From positions 11,036,001 to 11,100,000 of the forward strand of contig OZ260666.1 in assembly GCA_965285935.1 (NCBI GenBank): DNA of 64,000 nucleotides, written 5' to 3'. Shown here piece after piece: positions 26,127 through 38,683 of the stretch (position 1 is its first letter; every line of letters starts with the position of its first letter). The translations under genes and the position numbers were made by a program. The stretch comes from Ophelia neglecta. Taxonomy: Eukaryota. The notes under the pieces were generated by a model, which saw nothing but the letters and a program-made list of their open reading frames with translations, was not told the origin of the DNA and ran no database searches.

Positions 26127-27549
26127 CCTGGACCTACATAGAAAAAAAACAGTACTTAACTTAGCATACACACGCAAGCACATCCAAACCCACTACAGGG
26201 GTTGTATTAAATGCGAATGTTGGCGCGAAAGACCAAAATAGTACTTAAACTACTTGATTTAAAAATTGGAATTATCGGCTAGTTCGGCAATATTGGCGTG
26301 TATACATTTGGCAATTTGAGAATTTCAGCAGCAGGTCACAGGTGCAGGGGATGGATGGAATGAAACAACTTAAGTGGCAAAATAATGCCAATGTCGGGCG
26401 CTTTTGTGATTAGTAGAAGCTGTGTTGAGATGTTGGTAGTATATAAGCACCATCACTCTTACGCAGGGAGTGAGAGAGACTTTGCTCAACTATAAGACGG
26501 AATCCTAGTCCTTGTGTAGATGTGATGCTCCTGTATCGTAGTCTCAGAGCGCAGGATATCCACTTGCACGTTTTGCAATATCGTTGGTTTGAGCCCACAT
26601 CAAATCGACAATTATTTGCCTCTTCAGGCTTGGGTTGTGCTACATTAAAAATGCACCAACAATTTTCCCCGCATTATAAATATCCATCAGTAGATAGGCC
26701 TACGCACATTATAAGGCTATTCGTCTATCTATTTAAAGTAGATGTGATAGCCAGTGTGACAATTGGGGGGGGGGGGGAGGGGGAGGGGTGCATTAGCGTG
26801 GGTAAAATAATAAGTACGCCCTCTAACTACACTATATTAAAACACATCATACTTTTAGCTTCAACATATGGATCTCACACTGGCTTGTAGTATGGATAGT
26901 GACCCTTCTTAAATAGTAAATGACCTGGTTTAGTGTACAAGAAGTCACTAGCTAGCTAGCCTGTAGAGCTGCTTATACTCAGGCACATACTATATAATAA
27001 CATGATTCCCGGTATGACTCGGTTGTCTCTATCGTAGTGCCAAACTAGTCTACAAATCCGATTTTACAATAACGAGTATTATGATTTTCGCGCCAACTTT
27101 CGCTTTCGAGTTAAACACAAAGCCCCTACAGGTCATTTCAAGGATATAGTAAGCATAGAGCATTTAGGCCGATATTTATTTCAAGACCCTATCAAAGCTT
27201 TATTTTGCAGCGCTTGGAAGGTTTTAATTGATGAAACTCCAAAATGCTGATAGTGTAATATACTTAGAAGTAAAATACACCAGTTCCTACTCTTAGTTTA
27301 ACTCAATAAATGACTGTGTTCATAAAATATGGGCTGCCATATGGCCCTACTGCACCTCATTTTTCAGTATCCGGTATTTATATTCGCGACAGACGGCAGC
27401 TAGCGGACACTGCGTGGTTTTGACAGGTTTTTCCTTGATAAGCCGAGGTAAATATTCATCAGACGTAACTACATCGTGCACTCAGAGGTGTCATCAGTAA
27501 AACATATACAACGAACCGTGCAATTATCGGATTTGTAAGCGAGGTGACG

Positions 27550-27645
27550 CAGTGGCGTAGGAAGTGGGAGGGGGCCGGGCGGCCCATGGACCCCCACTTA
27601 AAAAAGTGGGGGGCCATCATATGTTTTGCCCCCCCCCCCACTTTG
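27550..27645 (+). mobile_element. End fragment of a hAT-like non-autonomous element
   Basis: Begins CAGTGGCGTAG followed by G/C-run subterminal palindromes; the partner end was not found. Confidence 0.35.
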
Positions 27646-27899
27646 ATTTTCCGTGGGAAGATTCAAAATGTCAACAGAGCGCAGGCACTCTTTCATCTAT
27701 GAGGCCAGTCCATAGATCAATATAAACAAGCCAATACACAGTTACCGTGACATTAAGTTTACTATAATATGATATGATGAAGGCAGTGCCATGGATCGAG
27801 CGTTGATTAAGACCCAGATAGTTATAGATGTCTAGAATATTTTCTAAGGCCTAGGCCTACATATTTTCACAACTTCTTATCATATAAACTCGATTCGGT

Positions 27900-28613
27900 T
27901 GTAACCTGGCAGAGCGCACCGGAGTTCGTGCAACTTCCCGCGCCGCCAACGTCGTATCTGATGCGCCCAGCTATCGTTGCACAGCTTTCGTTGGCCAGTT
28001 TCCCAGTCCGGAACCAATATGGTGGAACCGGATGCCAAGTCGGTTGAATACTTAATAGAAAACAGGGCCACGTGCATGTGATCTGACATACATGTTTCGA
28101 ANNNNNNNNNNNNNNNNNNNNNNNNNNNNNNNNNNNNNNNNNNNNNNNNNNNNNNNNNNNNNNNNNNNNNNNNNNNNNNNNNNNNNNNNNNNNNNNNNNN
28201 NNNNNNNNNNNNNNNNNNNNNNNNNNNNNNNNNNNNNNNNNNNNNNNNNNNNNNNNNNNNNNNNNNNNNTATATTCTGGGGCCAAAATTATTATACCGGC
28301 CATTATGCATGCTTGTAAAAGTTACTGGACAAAAGTATGATGTGTCCATTTCAACCCGATATCCTAGGTTTTGAAAATGTACCGGTGTTTGTAATTGATC
28401 CCCCGGCTGGTAAGTCCCGCGCACTCCGAGGCTAGGGTAATAAGACCTGGGCAGACGTTATAACATAGGATTTCGAGGGACACCAAACATACTAGAATTT
28501 CTAGATCGCCGGACTTAACATATTAGTGTTTATAGACCGGGGGACTCTAGGGTTGCGTTAGTAAAAGTATTCCGGCCGGACGATCCACTCAGGCGACCCC
28601 CAAAACTTTGACA
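27900..28613 (+). mobile_element. Possible solo LTR spanning a gap
   Basis: GC-richer block bounded by TGTAAC...TTGACA with AGTAAA near the 3' end; TSD imperfect. Confidence 0.35.
28102..28269. other. Assembly gap (N run)
   Basis: Run of N. Confidence 1.
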
Positions 28614-28737
28614 TTGGGCCTACCTATTGAGTATTTGTGCCTGATAAGATATTGCTTCGGGAATACATGTGTATTTAAAAACTAAATTCGATATTAAAAC
28701 CAAAATACAGATTTGATACACAATGACAAAAACTCAC

Positions 28738-28884
28738 CCTTTCCGCCAGTGGTCTTTCCTTCATCATACCTTCCGGGTGATACATGAATCGACTTCCACA
28801 AAGGGTAAGCTTGCTGCATATCGCTGGATGTATTTGCGTCGCTTAGTGTTTAATCAGCGTGGTCGTTGCATCTAGGGAAATTCC
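28738..28884 (-). promoter_or_regulatory. Candidate non-coding first exon / promoter of gene A with NF-kB site
   Basis: Strong donor aagg|gtgagt at 28738; GGGAAATTCC at 28875-28884; CCGGAAG ETS core near 28770-28776. Confidence 0.45.
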
Positions 28885-30802
28885 ATTAGTCATATATCAA
28901 TGTAAAATCCACCACCAATGTGCTCTTGGTATAGATTTTCATTGCATTTTATCGGAAGAGTTAATATATATATATAAATCATTTATAATGTTATATGTTA
29001 TGTTAATATTTCATATCATGATATCTATTCTTTTCACCATGCGAAATGAGCGTAACTTGTTGCGAGTTGCGAGTGTCGAGTTTAAAAAGCGAATAGCGAG
29101 TTAACAAAGAGAATGACAAGTTCAAGAAAGACGATTTAAGAAAATAAGCACTTGCCTCGCAGGGGGGTGGGGGCGTTTGTGTCGAGTGCTGGACAAGGAG
29201 GGAGGGAGAGACAATGGGGACAGGGGTTTGCAGGGGAGTGGGCAGTGGCATGGGCAGACGCAACAGCCTGGGGAAGGGGGGGGGGTGCTCCGGGATTTGA
29301 GCAACACTGTGAATGGCAAATTTTTTTTAAACAAATCAATCACAATCCATGGCCTGGGAGATATAATAAGATATCCATTCAAAATTAAAATCCTGCTACA
29401 TTATAGTCTACCTGTCAGACACCCTACTCCGTCAATACATCTCAATGCCATGTTAATTGTAAATAGAATCCATTGACAAGTATGCAATATTCTCTTTCCT
29501 AACAAACCAGGCACCCATTTGGTCTGGTATTTTAGAATCAATAGAAATTAGTCATTAAATGCTGCGTGTTTTAGTGCGTGTAATATTAAAATTATCCATC
29601 AATTAAAAAAGAAAAAAAAACCTGTAAATATGATTTATATTTAGATATATATGGAGGTTCTTTTCAAACATTCCTGCTTACATGACATTAGCTAGTAAAT
29701 AAATGTAATAAACACATATAAATAATACGTGATACATGTACAATATGCTTTTTATGGAAAATAATTTTTATTATTTACAATAGAAGTTTTCATGGGATAA
29801 TCAATCCTGGTCTGTTTTTGACAGGTGGAAAGTAAAACAATATAAAGGTATTCTTGAATTTTATACCAGTTCTCATGTAAACAACTCTTTAAAATTAAAA
29901 CAATTTTACGTAACACAATCATCATCGGCACTGCCAGGGATGCTAACAAAAAAAAAGAACTACAAGAAGAATTTGTGCATTTATACTAGCACATCATTTA
30001 ATTAGGTTTCAATGTGAACCTACCTTCTGCTTCTGTGGTTCCTCCCTGAACGTTTTACAAAAAAATCCAAATTACCTATTAGTAAATGGCCATTAAAAGG
30101 TCAGCATTCTAACCCATTTAAAACAATGGAAGCTGCATTGAACATAATATTATAATCAATGAAATATAATCATCCATGAATAGGGCAACAAAATAAATAA
30201 TCTCATCAGGCCATTCATGGTACTTTATCTCCATTGAATAACCCTACTATGGAAAAAAATTATCCTATGCATAGATACTTGCAAATGATAATAATACACA
30301 TTTGAATGTGGCTTCTGCATCAGACTTACACAAGGCAGATTTATTTTGAGGAACCTTTCACATTTGATCTAGTTGTTCTTGCTTCACACATGACTTCACA
30401 AAGTCACAGTCCCAATCACTTAATCTCCTCCCAATGTTTGCCAAAATCTTAGCTAAAAATGTACCAGAAAAGCTGTACCATGTTTGAGGTTCTTGCCCAT
30501 TTTTGACCTTATGTTGTTATAAGTTCAGGGAGCAGTGGTATGGCCAAGTCTAGAATTCCACCAGGAGTAAAAGGAATACACAATCAAATTACAGGCTTAC
30601 CTCTACTGTAACATCCACCTCCATTATATTTGATGCCCCTATTAAAATTCTTACCACTTTAATAGATTACTGTGAAATTTATGTTATTATATATAAGTTT
30701 TGCAATGGTTTAATATTTTCAATTTTTCTGTAGCCGGGTTTGTTCCATATTCTTAATTTTCATATTAATATGAATATTTCCGAGGCCTGAAAAAAGGATA
30801 GA

Positions 30803-33390
30803 TTATTATTATTATTATGTTTTATTAACCTCCGCTTTCCGAAGAGCATATAAGTAGTACATGTAATGAAAATACAGGCAGTCAAAATTCAAACTGGAAA
30901 ACCATAGGAAAAAAAGGTATGTACAAAAATAAATGAATAAGTAGATTACAGCAGCTTTCACACAAGATAAACAGTATTGCTTTTATTTGACCACCCCTCC
31001 GGTAGTTTTACTGGTATTTTGGTTTATATGGGGTGCAGGACGTCGACACATTTTGTTTTTACATTTGGTTTGATATTATCATATAAGCATTTACACAGCG
31101 GTGCAGTGAACTCGCCTCTGGTACATGGCAGAAAGGACAGTTAGGACGGTCTGACGATCCCCAGGTAGGTAGGTGTCCCAATGGAGCATTCTCAGGCACG
31201 GGTTTAAATAGCCCTCTGTGACTATCATTCGTCGTTGTATTTCGGACCTCTCATCGCTTAAAGCTTCGCACTGTAGGAGAAAGTGGGCGAGGCTGTCTGT
31301 TCCCGAGCGGCACAGCGGACATTCAGAGATATGAGGTGATACATACCTCCCAAAGTGGGTATATAGAGCTGACGACTTAGTAATGAACTTCAAGATTGTT
31401 TGTACCCCTCTGTTGGCCTTCATGGTCTTTGCAGACTTCCACCACTCGAACTGCCCATACTTATTGAACAATAATCGGTAGATGTCCAGGGACGGAGACA
31501 TTACACACAGGAGTCTCCAGTCGTCTTCTAGTAATTGTTTTGTAACATTTTGGACATGTAGTTTCCATTGTCTCTTATGGGTCGCCTGACCTTTGTGGAG
31601 CCACGACATGAGTGTTTCTGTAAGACGGAACTTGTAGAATGTGTCCAGCAGGACACCTAGAGGACTATCTGGAGGAATCAATAGACCATGCTCATGTCTG
31701 GTTAATGCTCGAGTTGCTAGTTTCCTGTAAACACTGTTCGCAGGCAAATCCATAAGGTCTCTAAACAATTTGAGTCTTTGGAGGTCGAGGTAGGATTGGA
31801 CTGTTCTCCAGCCCAGTGTTGCCAACACAGCTGCATTGCTGACGTTATTAGAGAGGTTCTGGATGAGACGCGCACTACGACGATGCTCAGCTTCAAAAAG
31901 CTCCATCAGGTTAGGGCTTATCTTTAGCAAGTCGAGGCCATAAAGAAAACATGGCACTACAATTATCCAGTACAACTTAGACAGTGTTTTGGTATTATAA
32001 AGTCCGTTTGCTGTACCAATACTTATTATGGAGTTCAATTTCTGTCTTGCCTTCGCTTTTCTTAGCTGAAGTAGAGCCTCCAGCTCATCGGGTCGGTTTG
32101 CCAGAGGAATTCCAAGGTGAGTAATTCCATCTGTAAGGGGGATTAGACCCTTGCCCATGTATAACCGCTCATCTCTCCTGTCATTTGTATTCCCGTATTT
32201 TAACATTTCACACTTGGACACATTAAAAGATAGTCGCCATAATTTACAGTACTGGTGGACGAGTTCCAGTAAGATTGACATTTGACGACGATAAGATGTG
32301 ATTAACGACAGGTCATATGCAAAAACAGGGCATGAACTGTTTATATTATATACATGACAGCCAAGGTTCACTTTGGTTATGTATTCTATCAGATCGTTGT
32401 AATACAGCATAAAGAGTAACATCGAGAGCGTCCCTCCCTGGTGGAGTCCCTGGCGGACTTTAAACCAATCTGATAGTTCGCTCCCAACGCGCACTGCGCT
32501 GTAAAACTCTTTGTACCAGTGCCGTAATACTCGATAGGTTTTCCCTTGGATGCCATAGTTGAAGAGCTTATAGAATAGACCCTCAGTCCATATGACATCG
32601 AATGCTTTCCTACAGTCTAACAGCGTTACATACACCTGGTCATTTCCGTGGAGGTGTTCGTGAACTGTTTGTCGTAGTAGCAGTGTTGATTGACGGCTGG
32701 AGCAGTTAGGTTGTCCCGCCCCCTGCAGCTGATTTATGAGTTCGTGCTGTGTTGACCAAGACTCTATCCTCTTGTAATAAATGCCTTCAAGTATTTTTGC
32801 CATTGTCGGTAGGAGGCTAATTTTTCTATAATTGTCTTTAAGACGGGGATCTTTCCCCCCACCTTTAAATAGCGGTATTTCGATCGCGCGTCTGAAGTCA
32901 CTAGGCACATATTCAATGGTTACCACTGCGTTGTATAGTCTCGTAAGATTATAGATTAGGGTTCTTCCACCGTACTTAAGGTTCTCGGCCACCAGCCCAT
33001 CGAAACCTCCTGCTTTACCCAATTTCGCACTGTTCACGGTAGCCTCGACTTCAGTCTCTGTTATTGGCTCATCTAGGACACAGTCAGTTTTGGAGAGTGA
33101 CAATATGTCATTTTCGTGTACCTTTTCTTCAATAATTTCTTTGAACTCATTGTCATATTCTGGTTCATATTTTGGGGTGACTAGGTTAGTAAAATACTTT
33201 CTCCAATCTTCGCGGATATCGTGGATGTCAACAAGGAGATTTCCATCTTCTAGAATGATATTGACCTGTGCCCCGATTTGGCTTTTTCTCTTGTTACTAA
33301 TTTGACGCCAGTAGTAATTCTGATCGATTTCGCCGCTACTCATTATATCTTCTTGATCCTTCTCTTCCTTTTCATGTTCAGCTTGATGAC
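30803..33390 (-). mobile_element. 5'-truncated RTE/RTEX-like LINE (RT plus C-terminal Cys/His finger), probably inactive
   Basis: 750-aa ORF 31091..33343 has NYRKISLL, LDCRKAFD, QGGTLS, FAYD (catalytic FADD mutated) and CPLC...HFLLQC. AATAAA plus (TAA)n tail at 30803-30826. Clade assignment is inference. Confidence 0.88.
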
Positions 33391-34376
33391 ACTGAAAATA
33401 AATTTTAAGTAAAGTAAAACGACCCTGAACACAGTATTATTGCTCTCGGTGTGATAGCAGTGCCTCGAGAAGATGTACCAATGCAGAGACTATTGTTAAT
33501 GTACCAGGCTCAAATTTGGAGGTTTTCTGGTGGTCCGAAACCGACCAAAAGTTGGGTCGGACAACCTAAAGCCAAGGGGATAACTTTAATAAATAGGGAG
33601 ACATGAAATATTTTTCTAATGTTCTTTCTGAAATATTGCATTCTAAGAACTGAAATTTCAGAAGTTATTATGTGTTTCAAATTCTTGCAGCTGGATGACA
33701 GATATTTCCATCTGGTTGCCCAAACGTCAAGTAGTGAAAAAATTAAGTTTCTATCCCTGAATCATGGTGTTGATCTTCGGGACATACAGGTTGATCGCGC
33801 AACACATACAACTATGTGGCATGTTTGCCCTGAGGTGATCAACTCTATATATTAAACATGTGCTTTGGTGATGACCATTTATTATACATGTATCAATACT
33901 CGAGGGAGATCCGTGGTTGACAATTTAACTAAGTAATAGTGTCTTAACTTTACTGAAAATATACATTTATTTCCTCGCTTATCCATGCGGTGGACATATA
34001 AACTGATCACTCTATTTTGACTGTAAACTATAGGTACAGTACATGCAAGCCCTCGTGTCCGAACCAGACAGGAGCGTTGAATTGGGTTTGGTTTACCCTA
34101 AAGACCAGTAGGGTACCCAAATGACAATGGTCAGATCATAATTGAAACCTACCGGACCAATCAAAAATGTGTTGGGTTTATTTTTGGTTGTTCATTGTCG
34201 TCAGTGTATTATGTCTTGATGGTAGAACCGAACTGATTTATTTGACAAGTCCGGGCAGGCTGTATTTAAGAACGATCCGGCAGCGTGGCTTTTGGTGTCA
34301 AACAATAAGGCATTTACGATAATCTGTCTCTGTCCCTCTTAAAGTTTTTTAAATTACAAATCAAATCTATTCTTGG

Positions 34377-37300
34377 TTTAAACATATTTATTTACATAAT
34401 TTGGATCTTACAGAAGCCTGGGGCTTAGAAGGTAATTTCCAAATAAAGCATTAGCACAATATTTACAAATATGCATGAGATAAAAGATGATGAGATGAGA
34501 TGAAATGTAATGGAAAGGTACAATACTCGTAGTTTAGAGTCATTGGACAAGATTTGTCTACAAAGTTGATGAATTCAACATAAATAGATAGAGAGTTTTA
34601 CAATTCAGTGAGTAAGAGAACAAGTATACTAAATATAAAAATATAAAAGAGTAAAAGTAAAATTGTGGATGAAAGGCATGGTTTTCATAATGCAACAAAA
34701 ATAGAAGTAAATGTAGGATAGTCAGATGGTCAGGGCCAAGGCGCATGTCTCCATCACCGCACAACAAGAATGGATGAGTGCGGTTGAGACATACTAAGCT
34801 AGCCAGGGACAACTGTAAAATATAAATTATAAGAGCCTGTCATCGGTCACCGTTCGCAAAATTTAACAAAAATGTGAATCTGTAAAGTATAGTTAGATCG
34901 TTAGGAAACAAATCTTTGTGACCTTATAATATACTGGTCAACAATATAAGATAATTCAAGAGACATGTCATCATCATCACAGTTAAGTATGGTAGCCATG
35001 CGGTCATCAGGCAAAATAGAATAGAGGTTTAGAAAGTCGACTAAGTGATTACAGAGGGACGCGTACAATGGACAATATAAAATGTAGTGGGAAGGTGTTT
35101 CGTTTTCCAAGCCACATAGACAAATGGGAGAAGTAATGCAATGATTAAGATAAAGGTGGTTATTAAGGCAACTACAAAAGAGTCTGCACTGTGCAAGAAA
35201 TATCTGAGATATTCGCGATCCCATTAAAAAGTATTTCGGGGGTTTCATGGGGCAGTTTCGGTTAAGCTGTTTGAATAAATTTTTATTCGTGCATTGGCGA
35301 GATTCTATGGAAAGGGTATTCCACTCGGTAATTGACTTATAATAGAAAGAAGATTTGTACTTTTGAGTTCTACATTTTGGAAGGGCTAAAAGATTGTCAG
35401 ACCGACTATGTGTGCTATAGGGATGCGGAGTAGTTACTGGTAAATTTTCCCACAGTTGGATAGGTGTGATTTTGTTGTATATATCAAATAGTTTTAGAAG
35501 CATCGCCACCTTGCGGCGTGTCTCTAGAGTTTCCCATCCTACTTCGAGTAGAAGCTGGCGGTGTGAAGTCCCTCGCCTTGCACCGCAAACAAGACGAGCT
35601 GCCTCAAGGTTTATATTTTCTAATATGTTGGACAATTCCATAGACGAGTGGTCGAACAGAACAGAGCCATATTCCAGAAGAGGTCTAATATAGGTTTTAT
35701 AAGCTATATCAAGGCCCTTCCTAGACACTTTATATTTCACACTTTTCAAAATATTCAGTCTTCGGGTAGCCTTTTTACTAACATTAAGAATGTGCTCTTC
35801 CCAAGATAAAGTATTGGTGAGAATAACTCATAGGAGAGAGTAAGACGACGTGTTTATACAAGGAGTGTCGCCGAGTGACAAATCCAAAACAAAAGAGGCG
35901 CGCTTCCTACTAAATAGGATACATCGTGTTTTTGGCACACTAATTGAAACCTTCCATTTATTACACCAATTATTAATAAGAGAGAGGTCGTTGTTAACTG
36001 AAAATATTGCAGGGGCTATATTTTTTGAGGAAAACCTATGGAATAAGGAGGTATCATCAGCAAAAAAAAAGATAGAGCTGGAAATTTCACGCACAATGTC
36101 ATTTATATAGATTAGGAAAAGCAGGGGCCCTAGAACAGAGCCTTGCGGAACTCCAGCGGGAATAAATTTGTATGAGGAGGCGCCGCCAGGTAGAACAACC
36201 CGCTGGCGTCTGTCAGTCAGGTAGTCGGCAACCCACGACAGAGTGTCCCCATTAATGCCACAATGTTTCATCTTATGAATGAGACCCTTATGCCAAACCT
36301 TATCAAATGCCTTAGTAAAGTCGATAAAGACTCCTATGACTTCGTCTCCATAGTCGAGTGCTTTGTGTATTTGTTCACAAATTTCGATTAACTGGTTTAC
36401 AGCAGAATCATTCGGGATAAACCCAGATTGGTTAGGAACAAGAATGTCATGTGCCTTAAGGTGGCTAAATAAATGGTCAAACATTAGTCGTTCGAAAACT
36501 TTAGATAGGCAGGGTAGTAGTGATATCGGGCGATAGTTATTGCAGTCATGCACACTGTTCTTTTTGTGAAGAGGAATAACATCGGCAGATTTCCAACATG
36601 TAGGAAATTTACACTGAGATAAAGAAATATTAAATAATGCTGCCAAAGGTTCCGACAGGGGTGCGGCCGCCTCCTTGAGGAGAAAATTGCCTATTTTATC
36701 CTCCCCAGTAGCCTTAGAAGGCTGTAAACTTTTCAGAACACCATACACCTCGACGGCGGAAATTACTTTAATTCCAATAGATGATGTAATGGGAGGGGCA
36801 TCGTTGTCTGCAGGCAGATGCTCGTCCGACCCGGCCAATGATGATTGGCCAACAAAAAATTCATTAAATATTTGGGCTTTGTGGGAGGGATCGGTTATTA
36901 CATCGGCATTCTGATGCAAGGGAGCTGACGTCGGAGAAGAACGTGTATTAAGAGTTGTTTTCATCAGTCTCCTCCAGCTAGGAGAGGAAATTTCATTAGC
37001 AGAAAACATTAAATCGATTGATTTGTCATGCTTTGCTTTGACATCACGCACTAGGTAAGTAACATGGTTTCTCGCCAAATTATACCGACGAAGGTGATCA
37101 GAACTAACGTGTTTAACCTTATGTAAACGGTCACGTTTCATCATCTCCCGTCTTATAGTTGAGTTAAACCATGGCTTGTCGTGGGGTCGGATAGTAACTG
37201 TGCGGTGAGGAAAACAATGCTCACAAATTTGTAAGAGAAGGTTTGTAAAATTATTGGTTACGTCATCAATATCCGCAAGAGACAATATCAAGTCCCAAGG

Positions 37301-38546
37301 AGCAGTATATATTAGATCTCTGTAGAGGTCACGATTTCCACTTTTAAAGTCCCAAACCTTTCTCTTAAAACACGGACGTTTTGCAATGGCCTTAAACATT
37401 TCAAGATATATAGGACAGTGGTCGCAATTATCCACCAGACGAGGAAGTGTCCCTTTTGAAACCACGTGATTAGAATCGTTAATAAAAATATGGTCTAGGC
37501 AAGCTTCAGAATGAGAGTCACTGCGTGTGACAACGCCAATTAATTGTGAGAAACCGCGCTGCCTGAAAAAAGCATTAACGAGTCGACCGTCTCTATTAGT
37601 ATCATCAGTTGAACACCACTGATGATTTTTTGCATTCGTGTCGCCAATGAAAACCATAATGTTGTGGCTTTCAGAGGAAGATTCAATTATTTCATTTATG
37701 CCACTTAGAAAATGAAGGCAGTCCTCGTTTGGAGGCCGATAATAAAAGCACAGTAGCACGGAGAAGTTACTTGCTTTTACACTTAGACATATATTTGCAA
37801 TCAAAGCTGATTCTACAGCGGCATTGTGTCTCCCATTGAATGATTCTGATAAATAAACAGCAAGGCCGCCACCTATACCCTCTCGGTCCTTACGAATAGG
37901 AGACAGGTAGCCGGGAAGTATTATAGAGGAACTAGGGGTAGTAACTTTGAGCCAAGTTTCAGATAATGAAATTACATCGTGTTGATAATATGACGCAAAG
38001 GCGCACAAGTAATCGTATTTTGAAAGATTTGGCGACCCACCTACAATAGCCGCGGTCTGTAAACTACGTATATTCATGTAGGATACTTTAAAGCCTACAT
38101 TTCGAGCGGGCCCAGGATTAAGTTCAATGTCACCGCACGAGCGGAGCACATTGGGTGCTACATATAAAGTGAACAGGAATGAAGGGAATATTATAAACCA
38201 GAACAAGGCGTCGCTCTTTAATTTCGATCTGTTTAAAGTAAATAGTCCGATCGCAGCCCGATATTGGTCAGTGCAAATCACGGTGAGCGATACGGCGGAG
38301 AAAAACGAATGATATGTGACTTAATGTTGTTTGAATAGAGACCAGCTGCATGAGAACAGAGCAAATTGGTCCAATGTCATAACAATGCAGACAAAACAGT
38401 ATAGTGTTAGTATCAGGACATACATGTACTTGACGCGTGCCAGTACAAACGTTAAATGTACAACTAAACAATGAATGAGTGATATAGGGTGAAATGAACA
38501 TGAAGCAAAACAATTGAAGTATGGTTGTGTGAGGAAGAAGAAAACG
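34377..38546 (-). mobile_element. CR1-group LINE, ORF2 (2A-like peptide, APE endonuclease, RT, Zn finger) with one break near 35830; no ORF1; 14-bp TSD
   Basis: ORFs 35828..38281 (SETWL, YRPP, GDTN, CLDHI, CDH, KAFD, VPQGSVLGP, FADD) and 34901..35749. TSD aaatctattcttgg at 34363-34376 and 38547-38560. 3' end aataaatatgtttaaa. Confidence 0.93.
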
Positions 38547-38683
38547 AAATCTATTCTTGGCATAGATAAAGCTTTAGAATGTGTGTGGAGGGATGCCCAC
38601 CTACTAAAACTTTTTAAGCTCCCTATTTGAGGATGTCTGCGGAAACTTATAAATGAATGTCTAATGGAATTCAACATGGGTGT

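Noticed and set aside
29003-29476. Overlapping Pro/Gly-rich ORFs
   Set aside because: Artefact of G-rich low-complexity sequence; no domain signal.
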